Shown here in pieces: positions 61,860 through 64,000 of a stretch of DNA of 64,000 nt. This DNA comes from Magallana gigas (taxonomy: Eukaryota). Both the position numbers and the translations under genes were made by a program. The notes below the pieces were generated by a model that had not been told where the DNA came from, did not search any database, and saw only the letters and a list, made by a program, of their open reading frames with translations. The DNA lies in assembly GCF_963853765.1 (NCBI RefSeq), contig NC_088855.1:47802001-47866000 (forward strand), read 5' to 3'. How positions within the stretch are numbered: position 1 is the first letter of the stretch; each line of letters begins with the position of its first letter.

Positions 61860-62939
61860 GTAAGTGTGAACCTGGTAGGATTGTACCACATTTCATTTGA
61901 TATCCATCCATTTTTCGGAAATGAAATGAGTTTAAATTTGTTAGATTACTGATGGATAGGTCACAGACATATAATTAAGTCCCGATAAGATAGGAAATAG
62001 GCTGAGATTAACATTGTTTTAGTATGTTTGATAAAATTTTACTCGTAATAATGATGAATAAATAAATTCTATTAGGGTTAGTGTATGGTCCTTTGGAGAA
62101 AGGTTCTGATATGTTGTAATATTCGGGTTTTTCCACCTGCTTATTATGCTATATATTCCTTCAAACCCTATTTCACTTCGAACAGACGCATTTTTTCCAA
62201 TAATAATCATATTTGGTCAATAATTTAACTTTTTAAAAGAAACATTTAAGTCTCAGAACTCTTGTTAACCCCGAGCAGGATATACCTTTTTCTATTAGTA
62301 CTCCTGTGCAGAAAACCTAAACAAAATTAAATCATTACTTAGCCTACTTCCTTTAATTGGTAATTGATCTGAACATTTTCAATTTTTAAGTTAATGGGTG
62401 AATTACTTGCGGGATTATCATTTCTATCGACATTTATTTACAATTATAATTATCATATTTTTTTTATTTAGTTACACAATTTAACATTCTAAATATAGAC
62501 CTACATATACTATTATCATAGAAAACCTTACAATCGCGCATGTACGTATAGTTTGCAATATGTAAAAGCTACTACTTTCTTTTTTTTTAAATTGGGACGT
62601 TGATATTTAAGAATGTACGATGTAATTTCTGTATGGGTTTTTACGTTTCAAACACTTACTTTATGGATGATACGTAATGAGCAAATTTATTTACGATCAC
62701 GCGCTTGCACCATAATCGTTTTAATGACAGACATTGAAAATAGCTTTGTGGACATATGAAATATAAGTGCATGTAAACATGTCTTAGCCAAAGAATCGAT
62801 AAAATCATTTTGGTCAAGCATTTCAAAGCTAAAAAATACTAGTATTCAGGTTGATGTTAACATGATTTTGATATGATGGCCCTTTATGCGTTATTTTTCT
62901 TTACACATCTGTATCATTTCAGCTAGTTCGTTTTAAAAC

Positions 62940-64000
62940 ATGGTGGCCTTAAAGGAACTCGTAAAAGCCCTCATCCTGCAACCTCTTTCTGTGGGGAATA
63001 CCCGGCAGTCAGGTGGACGCAGGATAACTGATGCCAATGTGTCGTCTGCTGTTCTCTTTGCTTGTCTATTGGCCATTATATTAGTCATGGTAGGCGTCTT
63101 CGGACCACTGTCTACCACCTACAATTTTGCAAAACATTTAATGTGGGGCCTAGCAATTGGTCTAATATTACTGAGCCTTATTTGCATAGTGTTTCTGACT
63201 GTGATGATTTTTCGAAATAAGGAGGATTGGGTTGACATCCGCTCTGAAAGCCCCGATCCGGCAACAAAAGTGAAGACAAAATTTCTCTGGTTATTTGGTT
63301 GTGGGATGATATTGCAAACTTCTCTTGTTTTCGCTATCAATATAGAGTGTCTAAGCGATGACACTTTGGTTGCTTATCATGGATTTAGTTTGATATCGTC
63401 ATTGCTGAAAGTGATATATGTAGTATGGCAAATGGGATTTGTGACATACCTTCAGAACTCGGTATTTGTCAGCAGGAAGATGGTGAACTATTCGGTAGCT
63501 GTGATGATTATCTGTAATTTGTCATTATGGGGCACTATCGTATCTCATGAAATCACCCATATAGTGTATAATGACACCAAACCGCAGACTTTTAACGATT
63601 CACTTGATCAGACGTGTTATTTGAATTCGGCAATTAACAAGTTCTCGGATAAAATCCAGCCATACCTGATTCCTGTTAGAATTGAATATCTGCTCCTATC
63701 ATCCTTATTTGTGTTCAGAATGTGGCCAACATTTCGGGTTGCTGAGCCGCTCAATTCGGATGTTGCTTCATCTTTGTCCTACAATCACGAGAGAGAACGA
63801 ATGACTTTCATTGGCGCGGCTGTGTCCGGATCAGTAACGAATCTTCCATTTTTTATTCAAACGTTGTTGTTGGCCACCGTATATCGGGGACAGCAGAGCT
63901 TCGGATTTGAAGTTTGGCAGATCATTGTCTCCATTCATAACATTATCAATCTGATTCTTATTTTCGTATGCTTTTATCTATTACGGAAAACAGCGCACGT
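62940..64000 (+). CDS. OTOP: Otopetrin-like proton channel, 3'-partial
   Basis: Uninterrupted ORF from ATG 62940 to the window end (absent from the ORF track because it has no stop), with many hydrophobic helices. Motifs KVIYVVWQMGFVTY, VMIICNLSLWGTIVSHE and C..NS...IQPYLIPVRIEYLLLSSLFVFRMWP match the otopetrin pattern QxxF / NxxxW..E / PYLYPxxIEYxL...MW. Confidence 0.82.
   Translation, partial: MVALKELVKALILQPLSVGNTRQSGGRRITDANVSSAVLFACLLAIILVMVGVFGPLSTTYNFAKHLMWGLAIGLILLSLICIVFLTVMIFRNKEDWVDIRSESPDPATKVKTKFLWLFGCGMILQTSLVFAINIECLSDDTLVAYHGFSLISSLLKVIYVVWQMGFVTYLQNSVFVSRKMVNYSVAVMIICNLSLWGTIVSHEITHIVYNDTKPQTFNDSLDQTCYLNSAINKFSDKIQPYLIPVRIEYLLLSSLFVFRMWPTFRVAEPLNSDVASSLSYNHERERMTFIGAAVSGSVTNLPFFIQTLLLATVYRGQQSFGFEVWQIIVSIHNIINLILIFVCFYLLRKTAH

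Noticed and set aside
62933-63364. Minus-strand ORFs listed near the right edge
   Set aside because: Antisense to the otopetrin ORF, which the ORF track missed because it has no stop inside the window.

Overview
AT-rich, intron-rich animal genomic DNA, most likely a bivalve such as an oyster (inferred from repeat types and protein divergence; not provable here). Manual exon assembly with GT-AG boundaries and consistent phases gives eight protein-coding genes. (1) A GIT-family ArfGAP on the minus strand, which runs off the left edge. (2) ANKRD13 on the plus strand, head-to-head with GIT (ATGs ~550 bp apart). (3) GOSR1 (minus). (4) A ~1073-aa C2H2/C2HC zinc-finger protein (minus). (5) A 220-aa basic, S/T-P-rich protein with a KEN box and a CDE/CHR promoter element, a candidate PIMREG/FAM64A-like G2/M gene (plus). 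(6) BCL7 (plus). (7) An IUNH-family nucleoside hydrolase (plus). (8) An otopetrin-like proton channel (plus), which runs off the right edge and is missed by the ORF track. Introns and intergenic gaps hold many non-autonomous DNA transposons: a young hAT deletion derivative with an 8-bp TSD, TTAA-flanked elements carrying tRNA-like A/B-box cassettes, poly-G MITEs with 5-bp TSDs, a CAC-terminated perfect-TIR element, and a 2.4-kb foldback composite whose loop appears to hold the hydrolase's core promoter. There is also a CR1-type LINE 3' remnant and several microsatellites. No rRNA, intact tRNA or CRISPR array is present. Most short ORFs in the supplied track are spurious. All gene-family assignments rest on recalled motifs, not database searches.
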